The position numbers and the translations under genes were made by a program. A stretch of 63,951 nt of DNA, counting the filler, from Saprolegnia diclina VS20 (lineage: Eukaryota), in NCBI RefSeq assembly GCF_000281045.1. It is 4 parts of 2 records of this genome, joined end to end, with 100 filler letters (N's around TTAATTAATTAA, not from the genome) between each part and the next. Parts side by side here need not be neighbours in the genome. Positions count along the whole stretch, not along the records: positions 1 to 25,410 come from NW_008246076.1; 3 more parts are not named here. One strand, given 5' to 3'. How positions within the stretch are numbered: position 1 is the first letter of the stretch; the number at the start of each line of letters is the position of its first letter. A model generated the notes under the pieces. It was not told the origin of the DNA, searched no databases, and saw nothing but the letters and a program-made list of their open reading frames with translations. Positions 1 through 11,226 of this stretch are shown here, piece after piece.

Positions 1-201
1 GATAGATGGCTGGATAGACCGATAGCTTGAAACGACGCGACTTGCCACGCAGTGTACACCGCAATGTTGGATACTGGCGTAAACTCGGTGGCTAGCAATT
101 TTGGCACGTAGGACGTAAAAATATGCTCTAGAATTGGGGCATCATTTCACGCTATGCAACCGTTTCGATTGCCATTTATAAAGGCGCCTTGATATCGGCA
201 C

Positions 202-2054
202 ATGCGGTGGCACCTGGTCGCTGGCGTCGGCGGCCTCCTCGTCTATTCTCTGCTCTGGTGCCAACAACTAAACTCGCTGCTCGGTACGATCCAGGACAAG
301 GCCGTGCACCACGTCTCGGCCGCTGCGCACTACGCCCGGTACCAGCTGTACCCGTCGCTCGAGCAAGTGCTCCCGTACGCCGAAAGCTTCCTCTTTCCGA
401 CCGTCGTCGCACGGCACGGCACTCGGTACTCGTGCATCAAGTTTCAGTACACGGGCATGGGTAGTTGTCCGAGCCAAATCAACGATCTCGTGAGCTACGT
501 GTACACGCCCAACAAGACGGAAGCCTGCGATACCGTGATCCAAACGGGTATCTACGGTGTTCCGGGCTACTGCGAGCTGCGCGATGACGCAACCAATGAA
601 ACGATCCGCACCATGTACACGAGCTGCGGGACGCTCACGGGCCGGCAGTTTTCATGCGCGCTCGCCGCCCAGTACGCATCGTACGGCCACGACGCATCGA
701 CGTTCTTCTACGCCCTCAACACGAGCTACGTCGCGTCCCGAGGAATCGTGTTTTCCGTGCACCCGAGCGCGCTTGCGTCGGCGTACGCCAGCATTGCGCA
801 CCTTCGGGCACTCAACTGCTCGTTGCCCATCGAGGTGTGGCACCGACCGGACGAGCTTCCGCGAGACAATGCCATTTTGCAAGCGCTGCACACGACGTTG
901 CATGTGCAGGTCCGTCCGATCTTTCATCCGTTGGCGACGCGCTTTTACTCCAAGATCTATGCTGTGCTCCACAGTGCATTTGAAAGTGTTTTGCTCCTCG
1001 ACTGTGACAACTTTGCTATCCACGACCCCGCGTACCTCTTCTCCACGCCCGCCTTTCAATCGAATGGCGCGATATTTTGGCCCGTAGACTCTCTTTTGGT
1101 CTACTTGAATGTACGAAGCGGTTGTGTAGGACTACTGGCGGCCCGGCCACACGTGCTTCAACATTGATGGCTACAGTCAGCTTTGGGACCTCCTGGGCAT
1201 CAACTTTGTCGATATGTTTGAGCAAGAGAGCGGCCAAGTGCTCCTCAACAAGACCATGGCCGAGCCGGCGCTGCACGTGCTGGCCTTCTTTGCCCTGTAC
1301 GAACCTCGGTACGCTAATGCGATAGTTCAATAGTGTTCAATGTGTATTTTCTGGATGGATGAATGTTGATGAATATGTCACTGCGCTAGGTTTCTCACCA
1401 ACTTTGGCATGGTGTACGGCGACAAGGACCTCTTCCGGCTCGCGTGGCTGAAGGCCAATGTGCCGTTTCACATGATTGGTCGCCCGCCGGGCAGCCTCGG
1501 TAAACTGGACCGCGTCGACCGTAGCTTTTGCGGCAGCACTATGGTCCAGCACGACCCGAGCGGCGACGTGATCTTCCTGCACCGAAATACAGTCAAGTTG
1601 TCGGGCTGTCGCGCCGACGCGTTCGTGTGGGAGACCCTCCAAGACTTTCGATTTGGGTGCACCATCCTTTGATGTATATGGTTGCATCCAATGCTGAGCT
1701 AGCGACGTGCACCTGGCACGGTATCTCCCCGCCGGCTACGTGCTCCGCGACGCCACGTGCTTTGGCGTCCGCGAGCCGTCGAGCGATTTATATACGATGA
1801 CAACGATCCGTCAGTCGCCGTTTGCCCATCTCGAAGGTACCTTGTACCGGTTTGCCCGCGAAGCCATGAAGCTCCAACACCCCAACGGTACGAGTGGCCA
1901 TGAGCAATGTCCATCACGCGTCGGTACTCTAGGCTGTCCGGCCGACAATGCGAACGAGGACCACGTGCAGTTTCCACTCGACCTGCGCGGCAAGCGCATT
2001 CCTAGCATGCATTTCTATCGACACAAGAGTCCCTACGCGGCCGAGGCGCCGTAG
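202..2054 (+). CDS. Alpha-mannosyltransferase, GT71/MNN (Mannosyl_trans3) family; 4 exons
   Basis: N-terminal hydrophobic anchor; motifs LPIEVW, KIYAVLHSAFESVLLLDCDN (DxD), GAIFWPDYW, FEQESGQVLLNK, YGDKDLFRLAW, MVQHDP. Introns 1084-1129, 1309-1389 and 1657-1702 restore the frame. Confidence 0.9.
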
Positions 2055-2526
2055 TCTACGAACCGTTTGGTGGCTCGCATGTGGAGAACCTCATTATTGC
2101 CAACGACGCCGGTTCTTTGGGACGAGGCGCTCGGGCATATGGCTAGCAAGGCCACAAGTACGACCCAACTCTACGATTTCCAACGGGAGCACCGTATTTC
2201 ACGCTTCGGTAACGATGAAGAACTAGTCCTTTTGCTACTCTTTTGGTACTTGGTGTTATACTCCGAGAGAGCGCGGGACTCTGCGACGCCTGCGCTCCCG
2301 CAAGTGTCGTTGGCTGTCATCTGAGACCGTGGTCGTGTTAGACTGGATATTTGTATGGACATACAATCTTTCCTATCCGCATCGCGCCGTTGATTGGTGC
2401 ACGCTGAAACCGTGGACCAATCATCGCCGGCAACAGCGTGAATACAAAACACAAGTTGCTTTTGGACCAATCGCATTGCAGGCCGGTCGGCCTTTCTCCC
2501 AGAACGCTCTCATTTCAGCTGGCAGC

Positions 2527-3902
2527 ATGGGCAACGTGCTTGGCTGGTCCCACAAGACGCTCGATGAGCGCGTCTGGGACGCTGCCCGCGCCGGGGACGT
2601 CGCGACCTTGACCGCCTTGGCGCCAACGCATAGCAACATTGAGTTTCGCGACCTTCGCGCTGGCCGAACGCCATTCACGATTGCGTGTGCGCATGGCCAC
2701 GTCGCCGCCGCGCAGTGGCTCCACGCCGCCGGCGCCGACGAGTACGCGCGCGACTACGACGGCAACACGCCGCTGCACCACGCCTGCCGCACGGGCCAGG
2801 CGCGGGTGGTGCAGTACCTTCTGTCGCTGCCCGAGTTTTCGCCGTATGTCCTCAACGCCAAAGGCGACGCACCGCTCGAGGTTGCCCGGCGTACGTTTCA
2901 GGAGCGCGAAGGCGACAACGACGATCTGCGTCTCATGGCACTCGCGCGTTGCATCGAGCTGCTCGAGCAGGTAGTCGTCGATGCGACAAAGAAGGTCCTT
3001 GTCTTAATTGGCACCATACACACGTCTAGCGCTGCTCCGTGTACAGTGGCTGGGTGTTTCAGCGCGTCGAGACGTTCTTGTCGCAGCTCACTGGCATTTC
3101 AGCGCTTCAAGCCTGGACGCGACGGTACGCTGCCACGTCATATGAAACGCTCGTCCATAGGTTTTTGGTGTAGCTATTGCATTGTGCTGCGGACAAGCTC
3201 GTCTATGTTTCTCGAAGTCGCGCTCTTTGCAGTGCCCGACGCCGCGCGCCGCCCACCGGTCCCAAGCGCATCGCTGCTCGTGCATGTGACGGCGGACGAG
3301 CCGTGCATCCGCCCGAACAACCCCTCGTTTTGGTCGGACTTGAACCCCAAACCCTTTGGGTTTGACCTCCGCGGCGCGCAGAAAGTCGGGTCGAGCCGCA
3401 CCCAAGCGCTGTGTCACTTTTCTTTTGCGGCGCTGAGCGAAGACGGCGCGGCCAAGTGGCTTCGCTTCTTTGCCCACGACGCGGTGCGTGCCTTCTCCAA
3501 TGTGATAGTTCTCACGCCGCGGCTAGCGGGACTGCCTCCAAGACGCGCTGGTCTCGCCGACGCGCCAGTTCAATTCACACGTACGCACGTCCTTGGCATT
3601 GTAATCGTACCTGTAAAGATGATGCGTAGGAGCTCGGACGGGCCAAGGTCTACCCAGAGCCATCGGCGCCCCCGCTGCCCTCGGTCGAGATTGCGCAACC
3701 TGTTGTTTTTACAAAAGCGACGCTGCGCCCGCGCGTGCTCGAGTGCGTGGTGTGCTTTGACGGCCCGCAAGCCGCCGTCTGTGTGCCCTGCGGCCACAAC
3801 GTGCTCTGCATGCGCTGTGCCATGTCGTTGCTCGAGACGACGCACGTGTGCCCCGTGTGTCGTCTCGAGATTCGCGAAGTCGTCAAGGTCTATCGCAACT
3901 AG
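2527..3902 (+). CDS. Ankyrin-repeat + PH-like + PSAP + C3HC4 RING E3 ligase (XBAT34/35-like), copy 1; 5 exons
   Basis: Starts MGNVLG; ankyrin repeats (GRTPFTIACAHGH, GNTPLHHAC). Splicing out 2971-3029, 3125-3173, 3484-3526 and 3581-3629 gives SGWVFQ..WTRRYCIV (PH-like), YPEPSAPPLP and ECVVCFDG..CVPCGHNVLCMRC..CPVCR..VKVY. Confidence 0.85.
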
Positions 3903-4328
3903 TTGTCTTCTAATTTAACTCGTCGTTGCCGACCTCGAACCTTTGATCCTTGGGTCGAGTCGTGCTCGGGTCATCGCTATATCACCAAGTAAGGATACCT
4001 CTCGGGCTCTCTGTACGCAGCTCACTCCGAACGATCAAGTGCTGGTGCGAACTCCCATGCACTCAGGCGTAGCGCTACGCATGCAAAGTCGTGTAATAAC
4101 AAAATATACGCGGACTCTGACGTCATTGTCGCTGGGTCCATTTGGCCCTTGCGGTTGCTGCAATGTTCTGTCGACAACAACAAGAAAGGTTTAGCCGTAC
4201 CACGAGGTGAAGCGAGATCAAAGCTAATGCAATATGGAGAATGCGCAGATTGAACATTATATAGACTATACAATTCGATATATGGACAACGTGTCTTCTC
4301 GCACGCGACGTGTCTACTTGATGACGAC

Positions 4329-4428
4329 NNNNNNNNNNNNNNNNNNNNNNNNNNNNNNNNNNNNNNNNNNNNNNNNNNNNNNNNNNNNNNNNNNNNNNNN
4401 NNNNNNNNNNNNNNNNNNNNNNNNNNNN
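4329..4428. other. Assembly gap (100 N)
   Basis: Run of N. Confidence 1.
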
Positions 4429-4768
4429 CGCGGGCACGACCGAGAAGCTGTTGATTCCTGTCCTCAGCGGTCGCTCCAACGTCGAGCTCAACATCCTCAA
4501 GAAAGCCTTCTTCAAGCTCTACCTGACCGCATTGCGCTGGATCATGAGTGCCATGCGGTACTGCGTGTTGGCGAGCGGCGACGTCTGAACCCGCAGCGTC
4601 TTGTTGCCATGGCTGTAGCGCATGCTAGGGTTTAGCCGTACCACGAGGTGAAGCGAGATCAAAGCTAATGCAATATGGAGAATGCGCAGATTGAACATTA
4701 TATAGACTATACAATTCGATAAATGGACAACATGTCTTCTCGCACGCGACGTGTCTACTTGATGACGA
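4429..4768. repeat. Chimeric patch of three local duplicates: annexin fragment, TM-family fragment and a copy of 4188-4328
   Basis: 4429-4523 matches 12217-12311; 4528-4627 matches 8261-8360 (1 mismatch); 4629-4768 matches 4188-4328 (2 substitutions). Confidence 0.9.
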
Positions 4769-6627
4769 CAGTCGTGTCTTTGAGCACCTTGATGTTGTAG
4801 ACTAGGCTCTTGACGTCTGCGAGCTGGTCGTCGAGAAGATGAATGTGGCAGTTGCTATCTTGCACCACCATGCACGTCTCGTGGCCGGGGCCTGTCTCCC
4901 CCGCCGGCGTCGTGCCTTGGGTCGTCGGTTGGTACTTGGCTTTGGCGCGCAGTTCCTTCTCGGGCAAGCCAAACGTAAACATGTGCGTCATGAAGAACCA
5001 CTGGAGCGTGCTCAGGCGTCGGGCTTTGCAGACAAGAATCGCCGTCTTGTGCTTCTTGTCTTCGCGGACATCCGAGATGTAATCACACAAGATNNNNNNN
5101 NNNNNNNNNNNNNNNNNNNNNNNNNNNNNNNNNNNNNNNNNNNNNNNNNNNNNNNNNNNNNNNNNNNNNNNNNNNNNNNNNNNNNNNNNNNNNNNNNNNN
5201 NNNNNNNNNNNNNNNNNNNNNNNNNNNNNNNNNNNNNNNNNNNNNNNNNNNNNNNNNNNNNNNNNNNNNNNNNNNNNNNNNNNNNNNNNNNNNNNNNNNN
5301 NNNNNNNNNNNNNNNNNNNNNNNNNNNNNNNNNNNNNNNNNNNNNNNNNNNNNNNNNNNNNNNNNNNNNNNNNNNNNNNNNNNNNNNNNNNNNNNNNNNN
5401 NNNNNNNNNNNNNNNNNNNNNNNNNNNNNNNNNNNNNNNNNNNNNNNNNNNNNNNNNNNNNNNNNNNNNNNNNNNNNNNNNNNNNNNNNNNNNNNNNNNN
5501 NNNNNNNNNNNNNNNNNNNNNNNNNNNNNNNNNNNNNNNNNNNNNNNNNNNNNNNNNNNNNNNNNNNNNNNNNNNNNNNNNNNNNNNNNNNNNNNNNNNN
5601 NNNNNNNNNNNNNNNNNNNNNNNNNNNNNNNNNNNNNNNNNNNNNNNNNNNNNNNNNNNNNNNNNNNNNNNNNNNNNNNNNNNNNNNNNNNNNNNNNNNN
5701 NNNNNNNNNNNNNNNNNNNNNNNNNNNNNNNNNNNNNNNNNNNNNNNNNNNNNNNNNNNNNNNNAGCAAGCCAAGGCGGTACAAAGACCCGAGAATGGGC
5801 CGCGCGAGGACATGGAGTGTCTTGTTGGCATCGGTGTACGTCATGCTAAAGTTGCAGCTGCCGTACCCGAGCTCAGCTATTGGAATGCAGCCGGTGCAGT
5901 AGCCTTTCGTGTAGAGTCGCCAAAACGACACTGCTTGGACTTGCAATGACGAGGTATTTTGCAGGCGAATCGCGCGCGTGAGCCGCAGATCGGCTGCAAT
6001 GCGCGCGGCCGCGTACCCGAGGTGGTGCAGCATGCCGCTGCCCATGGAGGCATTGCCGAGATTCGCACTTGCTTCGTCCGTTGAAGCTATTGTGACTGCA
6101 TTGCCGCGCAGATATGTAATCAAATCGTACGTGATGCCGAGCTTGACAACATTGTTGGTGCGACCGAGGTCCATAGGGTATATGCCCGAGAAGCGGCTGC
6201 AGAGGTCGTTGGAATGGTCCAACGCGTACGTATCGGCCGAGAGAACGTAGATGTTGGAGCCGAGACGACCGAGGTTCGATACTGTGTAATTGGCCATCCA
6301 GAGGCCGACGCTCGAGAGACTTTGGAGGTCCCTTCCAGGTAAAAACGTGTAGGCATTTACGAGGTCGGGGGCGTCACCGACATTCGCGACCGGCGCGATG
6401 AACTCGTTGCCGTTGCCGACATAATCGATGACGGCCCAGTTGTTGGAGATGGCGTCGATGGCCACGAGGAGAATCACGACCAGTCCAACGACGTGGGCGA
6501 CGACCACGAGACACTGGTTCAACTTGTCGCGCAGTGCGTACGTGTCGGCGAGAGCAAAGAGCCAGCCAACGAATGACGACGGCTGTGCTTCGATGGCAAC
6601 GGCATCGACCGCCTCGAGCGTGTGCAT
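4755..6627 (-). CDS. Uncharacterised multi-pass membrane protein, family copy A (middle missing in gap 5094-5764)
   Basis: N-terminal part (YALRDKLN..NNWAVIDYVGNGNEFI..GYCTGCIPIAELG) and C-terminal part (CKARRLSTLQWFFMTH..YNIKVLKDTTVVIK) both match copies B and C. Confidence 0.85.
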
Positions 6628-7168
6628 GACGCTATTTGCAGGCTTTCGGTTTAGAAACCGCTAGCGTCACAGACCGAGCAGCAGACAAGCATTTCTATCT
6701 TTGATGATCAACCATTGTGTAATTGACAATATACCAAATAGTCGCATGTGCAGTCCAAAGAAAGAAAAGGGTAAACATAGCAGGACGATCATACGAAGGC
6801 ACGTAGCATGAGTGCGGAGTGCCGGAGTTCGAACAAGCCTTTCAAATCGCAATGACGGGGCAGGCATTTTGGCCAATGAATGAGCGCGAAACTGTTGGAG
6901 CCAATGGAGGCGCTTCTTTTCAAGAATGTAGCATTCACACTGGTTCGATTTTAAGCCAATCATACTCGTTGGCGCCAATCCAAGAATGAGAGAGCACGTG
7001 ATCAGGAGTGTACACTCGAGGGATCGCAATTTCCACGAAGCACTGATGCACCGCAAGATACCATTATAGTCCAACGTAAAGGTATCACATGTAGGTTTAT
7101 CAGATATATTTCAATCACAGAGGATGCACAAACATGAATTATGCAGAAATAAACCAACAAGACGCTCT

Positions 7169-9103
7169 CTACTTGATGACGACGGTCGTGTCTTTGAGCA
7201 CCTTGATGTTGTAGACTAGGCTCTTGACGTCTGCAAGTTGGTCGTCGAGAAGGTGAATGTGATGGTTGCCGTCTTGGACCACCATGCACGTCTCATGGCC
7301 GGGCCCTGTCTCGCTCGATGCGGCGGTGCCTTGGGTTGGCTGCGTCGTTTGTTTGTTCTTCTTGGCGCGCAGTTCCTTCTCGGGCAAGCCAAACGTAAAC
7401 ATGTGCGTCATGAAGAACCACTGGAGCGTGCTCAGGCGGCGCGCCTTGCAGACCAGGAGCACGCTCTTGTGCTTCTTGTCTTCGTGCACATCGGCAATGT
7501 AGTCGCATAAGATCGACGTGCTGTTGAAGAGCGCTTGACGACAGAGACTGTTGCGCACCAGAAGCTTCCAAAAAGGACGGTTGAGCACTTGGTCCACGAG
7601 CGTCACCAAGAGAATGTTGGCAATCAAGCCGCCAAAGACTGCGTAGCTGACGCGAAAGTAAAAGCTGTTGTAGAAGCTCACGGGAATACCTTCAAGGTTC
7701 TCGACCGTGTTTTGCAGGTCTCGGCGCACGCTGTTGTTGTACTCGATGTAATCAGGGATGTAAAAGAGCAAGATCGCGCTCAGATACAAAGATGTGACGC
7801 TCGTCAAGTTGAAGTAGCCCATGAATCGGCTCTCGCCGCAATACGTGGCAGTGCTCACGATACTCAAGCCAATTTTACAAACCTTGAGAATGCCGCAGTT
7901 GAGCCAAAGAAGACGCAAACTCAAGGCGAAAAGACGCACACTCATAAAGAACTGCGGACTGGCCTTGTTGTACACGTTGACTTCGCGAATGTAGATGAGC
8001 GACGCGTTCATGTCGAGGACAATCGAGATGCAAAAGAGCGTCACAAACAAATCCGAGTTGTAGCAAAACATATCAAAGCGGAGCGCATGGCTCAGATGCG
8101 GAAAGCATTTTGGGACCACGGTCTGGAGCGCGCGCGTAAAGACCGTATCGGGTTTTGTCGGGTCGACCTCGAGCCACTGCACCGTCCGGCGGCTCGCAAG
8201 GTAGCCCCCAGCGGCAAAGAAGAGCGCAATGAATTTGATCCAGTGCGACGCAGTGCTAAACGCATTGCGCTGGATCATGAGTGCCATGCGGTACTGCGTG
8301 TTGGCGAGCGGCGACGTCTGAACGCGCAGCGTCTTGTTGCCATGGCTGTAGCGCATGCTAAAGTTACAGACGCTATGGCCGAGCTCGGCGATCGGCGTGC
8401 AGCCGGTGCAATAGCCTTTTGTGTAAATGCGATAGAACGGCACCAGCTGCACTTGCGTGTCGCTCGTGTTGACGAGTTGGATGCGCTGCGTGAGCCGGAG
8501 GTCGGTCTCGATGCGCGCGGCTTGGTACCCCCGCGCCAGGATATCGACGCTGCCCATGGTTGCATTTGCCAGATTGGCCGTCGCTTCGTCCGAGAACGCG
8601 ATCGAGAGAGCGTTGCCGCGAAGAAACGTGATGGAATCCTGCGCCGACGCGAGCTTGAGCGCACTCCCAGTGTTGATGTCCATGGGGTAGACGCCGTTGA
8701 ACTTGGTGCAAACAAATGCGACGGTCGAGTCGGCCGAGAACGTGTCGGTCGACAAGAGGTAAATGTTGGTACCGAGCATCCCAAGGTTCGTGACGCTGTA
8801 GTTGATCATCCAGAGCCCAATGCTTGAGAGACTCGAGACCGGCCGACGCAGCGGAAACGTGTAGTACTTGTCGAGCTCGTTGGCGTCGGGGACACTAGCC
8901 ACCGGCGTGATGAACTCGTTGCCGTTGCCGATAAAGTCGATGATGGCCCAGTTGTTGGCAAACGCGTCGATCGTGACAAGTACGACGACAACGACGCCAA
9001 TGATGTACGCAATGATGACAAGGACACGGTTGAACTTGTCGCGAAGTGCATATGCTTCGTTGAGCGTCGAGAGCTGCCGGACGAGGTGCGCACCCGGGGC
9101 CAT
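7169..9103 (-). CDS. Uncharacterised multi-pass membrane protein, family copy B (644 aa, intronless)
   Basis: Long ORF with coding-like codon bias; one N-terminal TM helix, a ~240-aa N-glycosylation-site-rich loop, ~5 further hydrophobic segments and a polar tail. Confidence 0.9.
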   Translation of the reverse strand: MAPGAHLVRQLSTLNEAYALRDKFNRVLVIIAYIIGVVVVVLVTIDAFANNWAIIDFIGNGNEFITPVASVPDANELDKYYTFPLRRPVSSLSSIGLWMINYSVTNLGMLGTNIYLLSTDTFSADSTVAFVCTKFNGVYPMDINTGSALKLASAQDSITFLRGNALSIAFSDEATANLANATMGSVDILARGYQAARIETDLRLTQRIQLVNTSDTQVQLVPFYRIYTKGYCTGCTPIAELGHSVCNFSMRYSHGNKTLRVQTSPLANTQYRMALMIQRNAFSTASHWIKFIALFFAAGGYLASRRTVQWLEVDPTKPDTVFTRALQTVVPKCFPHLSHALRFDMFCYNSDLFVTLFCISIVLDMNASLIYIREVNVYNKASPQFFMSVRLFALSLRLLWLNCGILKVCKIGLSIVSTATYCGESRFMGYFNLTSVTSLYLSAILLFYIPDYIEYNNSVRRDLQNTVENLEGIPVSFYNSFYFRVSYAVFGGLIANILLVTLVDQVLNRPFWKLLVRNSLCRQALFNSTSILCDYIADVHEDKKHKSVLLVCKARRLSTLQWFFMTHMFTFGLPEKELRAKKNKQTTQPTQGTAASSETGPGHETCMVVQDGNHHIHLLDDQLADVKSLVYNIKVLKDTTVVIK

Positions 9104-9207
9104 CGTTGTAAGTTTTCGTTTCTTAAAGATAGCCAGGCAACGGCCTCGCGTCGGTATTTTGAGATCCGACGGTTCGTTGTCAGGTGTTAGTTGGTGTTTT
9201 GCGAGTG

Positions 9208-11172
9208 ATGAAGTCGATCCCCGTCGCTGTGCTCGTCAAGGACAAGGCGCCGTGGTGGTCCCTCAGCTGGCTGAGCACCCTTGCCGAGACGTATGCGCTT
9301 CGCGACAAGATCAACCGCGTCCTGGTCGTTGCCGCGTACATCATTGGCGTCCTCGTCGTTGTCCTCGTCGCGATCGATGCGATCTGCAACAACTGGGCCA
9401 TCATCGACTTTGTCGGCGACGGCAACGAGTTCATCACGCCGGTGGCCAACACGAAAGGCGCCGGCGACCTCGCTGAAACGTATGCGTTCCGGAAAGGCGG
9501 GGACCTCGCGAGTCTCTCGAGCATTGGTCTTTGGATGACCAACTACTCGGTGTCGAACCTCGGCGCGCGCAACTCGAACATCTACCTTCTCTCAACCTCG
9601 GAATTTGAGATCGATGCGCGCATCAACATTTGCAGCCGCTTCTCGGGCAGCTACGCCGTCGATTTGGCGGTGAAAAACCCGTTCAAGCTCGGCGTCGCCT
9701 TTGATTTGGTTTCGTTTTTGCGCGGGAATGCGATTTCAATTGCCTTCTCCGACGAAGCCGCCTCGGGTGTGGGCAACCGCAGTTCTGGAGCGAGCAGCGC
9801 CGAGCTCCAGCAACGCGGGTACGCGCCGGCGCGCCTCGGCGCCGACGTCCGTCTCTCGCAGTTTATCAAGCTTGCCAACACATCCAACGTGCAAGTCCAG
9901 GTCGTGCCGGTCTGGGAGATCTTTACGAAAGGCTACTGCACGGGGTGTATTCCGATCGCCGAGCTCGGCCGTGGTAGCTGCAACTTTAGCATGACGTACA
10001 CCGATGCCAACAAGACGCTCAATGTCCTCGCGCGACCGATGCCCGGGTCGCTGCACCGGCATGGGCTCCTCACGCGTCAGAGTGCGTTCAACACTGCATC
10101 GCACTGGATCAAATTCATTGCGCTCTTCTTTGCCGCTGGGGGCTACCTCGCGAGCCGCCGCACGGTGCAGTGGCTCGAGGTCGACCCGACAAAACCAGAC
10201 ACGATCTTCACACGCGCACTCCAGACCGTGGTCCCAAAATGCTTTCCGCATCTGAGCCACGCACTCCGCTTTGATATGTTTTGCTACAACTCGGATTTGT
10301 TTGTGACGCTCTTCTGCATCTCGATCATCCTCGACATGGACAGTTCGCTCATCTACATTCGCGAAGTCAACGTGTACAACGCGATCAAGCCGCAGTTCTT
10401 TGTGAGTGTCCGTCTTTTCGCCTTGAGTTTGCGTCTTCTTTGGCTCAACTGCGGCATTCTCAAGCTCTGCAAAATTGGCTTGAGTATCGTGAGCACCGCC
10501 ACGTATTGCGGCGAGAGCCGACTCATGGGCTACTTCAACTTGACGAGCGTCACATCTCTGTATCTGAGCGCGATCTTGCTCTTTTACATCCCCAATTACA
10601 TCGAGTACAACAACAGCGTGCGCCAAGATTTGTTCAACAGCGTCGAGAACCTCGATGGAACCCCCGTCAACTACTACAACAGCTTTTACTTTCGCGTCAG
10701 CTACGCCATGGGCATGGGCCTGATCACCAACATCCCCGTCATAACCCTCCTCGATCAAGCGATCAACCGGTCATTTTGGAATCTCATGGCGCGCAACAGT
10801 CTCGGGCGGCAAGCGCTCTTCAACAGCACGTCGATCTTGTGTGATTACATCTCGGATGTCCGCGAAGACAAGAAGCATCGGGCAGCTCTCATCATCTGCA
10901 AGGCGCGCCGACTGAGCACGCTCCAGTGGTTCTTCATGACGCACATGTTTACGTTTGGCTTGCCGGAGAAGGAACTGCGCGTCAAAGCCAAGTACCAACC
11001 GACGACCCAAGGCACGACTGCAGCCGGGGAAACGGGCCCGGCCAAAGAAATGTGCATGGTGGTGCAAGATGGCAGCTGCCACATTCACCTTCTCGACGAC
11101 CAGCTCGCAGACGTCAAGAGCCTAGTCTACAACATCAAGGTGCTCAAAGACACGACCGTCGTCATCAAGTAG
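9208..11172 (+). CDS. Uncharacterised multi-pass membrane protein, family copy C (inverted relative to B)
   Basis: Paralog of A and B along its whole length; first ATG at 9208. Confidence 0.9.
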   Translation: MKSIPVAVLVKDKAPWWSLSWLSTLAETYALRDKINRVLVVAAYIIGVLVVVLVAIDAICNNWAIIDFVGDGNEFITPVANTKGAGDLAETYAFRKGGDLASLSSIGLWMTNYSVSNLGARNSNIYLLSTSEFEIDARINICSRFSGSYAVDLAVKNPFKLGVAFDLVSFLRGNAISIAFSDEAASGVGNRSSGASSAELQQRGYAPARLGADVRLSQFIKLANTSNVQVQVVPVWEIFTKGYCTGCIPIAELGRGSCNFSMTYTDANKTLNVLARPMPGSLHRHGLLTRQSAFNTASHWIKFIALFFAAGGYLASRRTVQWLEVDPTKPDTIFTRALQTVVPKCFPHLSHALRFDMFCYNSDLFVTLFCISIILDMDSSLIYIREVNVYNAIKPQFFVSVRLFALSLRLLWLNCGILKLCKIGLSIVSTATYCGESRLMGYFNLTSVTSLYLSAILLFYIPNYIEYNNSVRQDLFNSVENLDGTPVNYYNSFYFRVSYAMGMGLITNIPVITLLDQAINRSFWNLMARNSLGRQALFNSTSILCDYISDVREDKKHRAALIICKARRLSTLQWFFMTHMFTFGLPEKELRVKAKYQPTTQGTTAAGETGPAKEMCMVVQDGSCHIHLLDDQLADVKSLVYNIKVLKDTTVVIK

Positions 11173-11226
11173 CGAGTAGAGTCGTCATCCAGTAGCGAGT
11201 AGAGTCGTCATCCAGTAGCGAGTAGA
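11158..11226 (+). repeat. 3 x 23-bp tandem repeat GTCGTCATC(A/C)AGTAGCGAGTAGA overlapping the stop codon of copy C
   Basis: Directly visible. Confidence 0.95.

Noticed and set aside
2329..3918. 529-aa single-exon ORF from the ORF track
   Set aside because: Reads through introns and changes frame relative to the real exons; the spliced model gives intact PH and RING domains.
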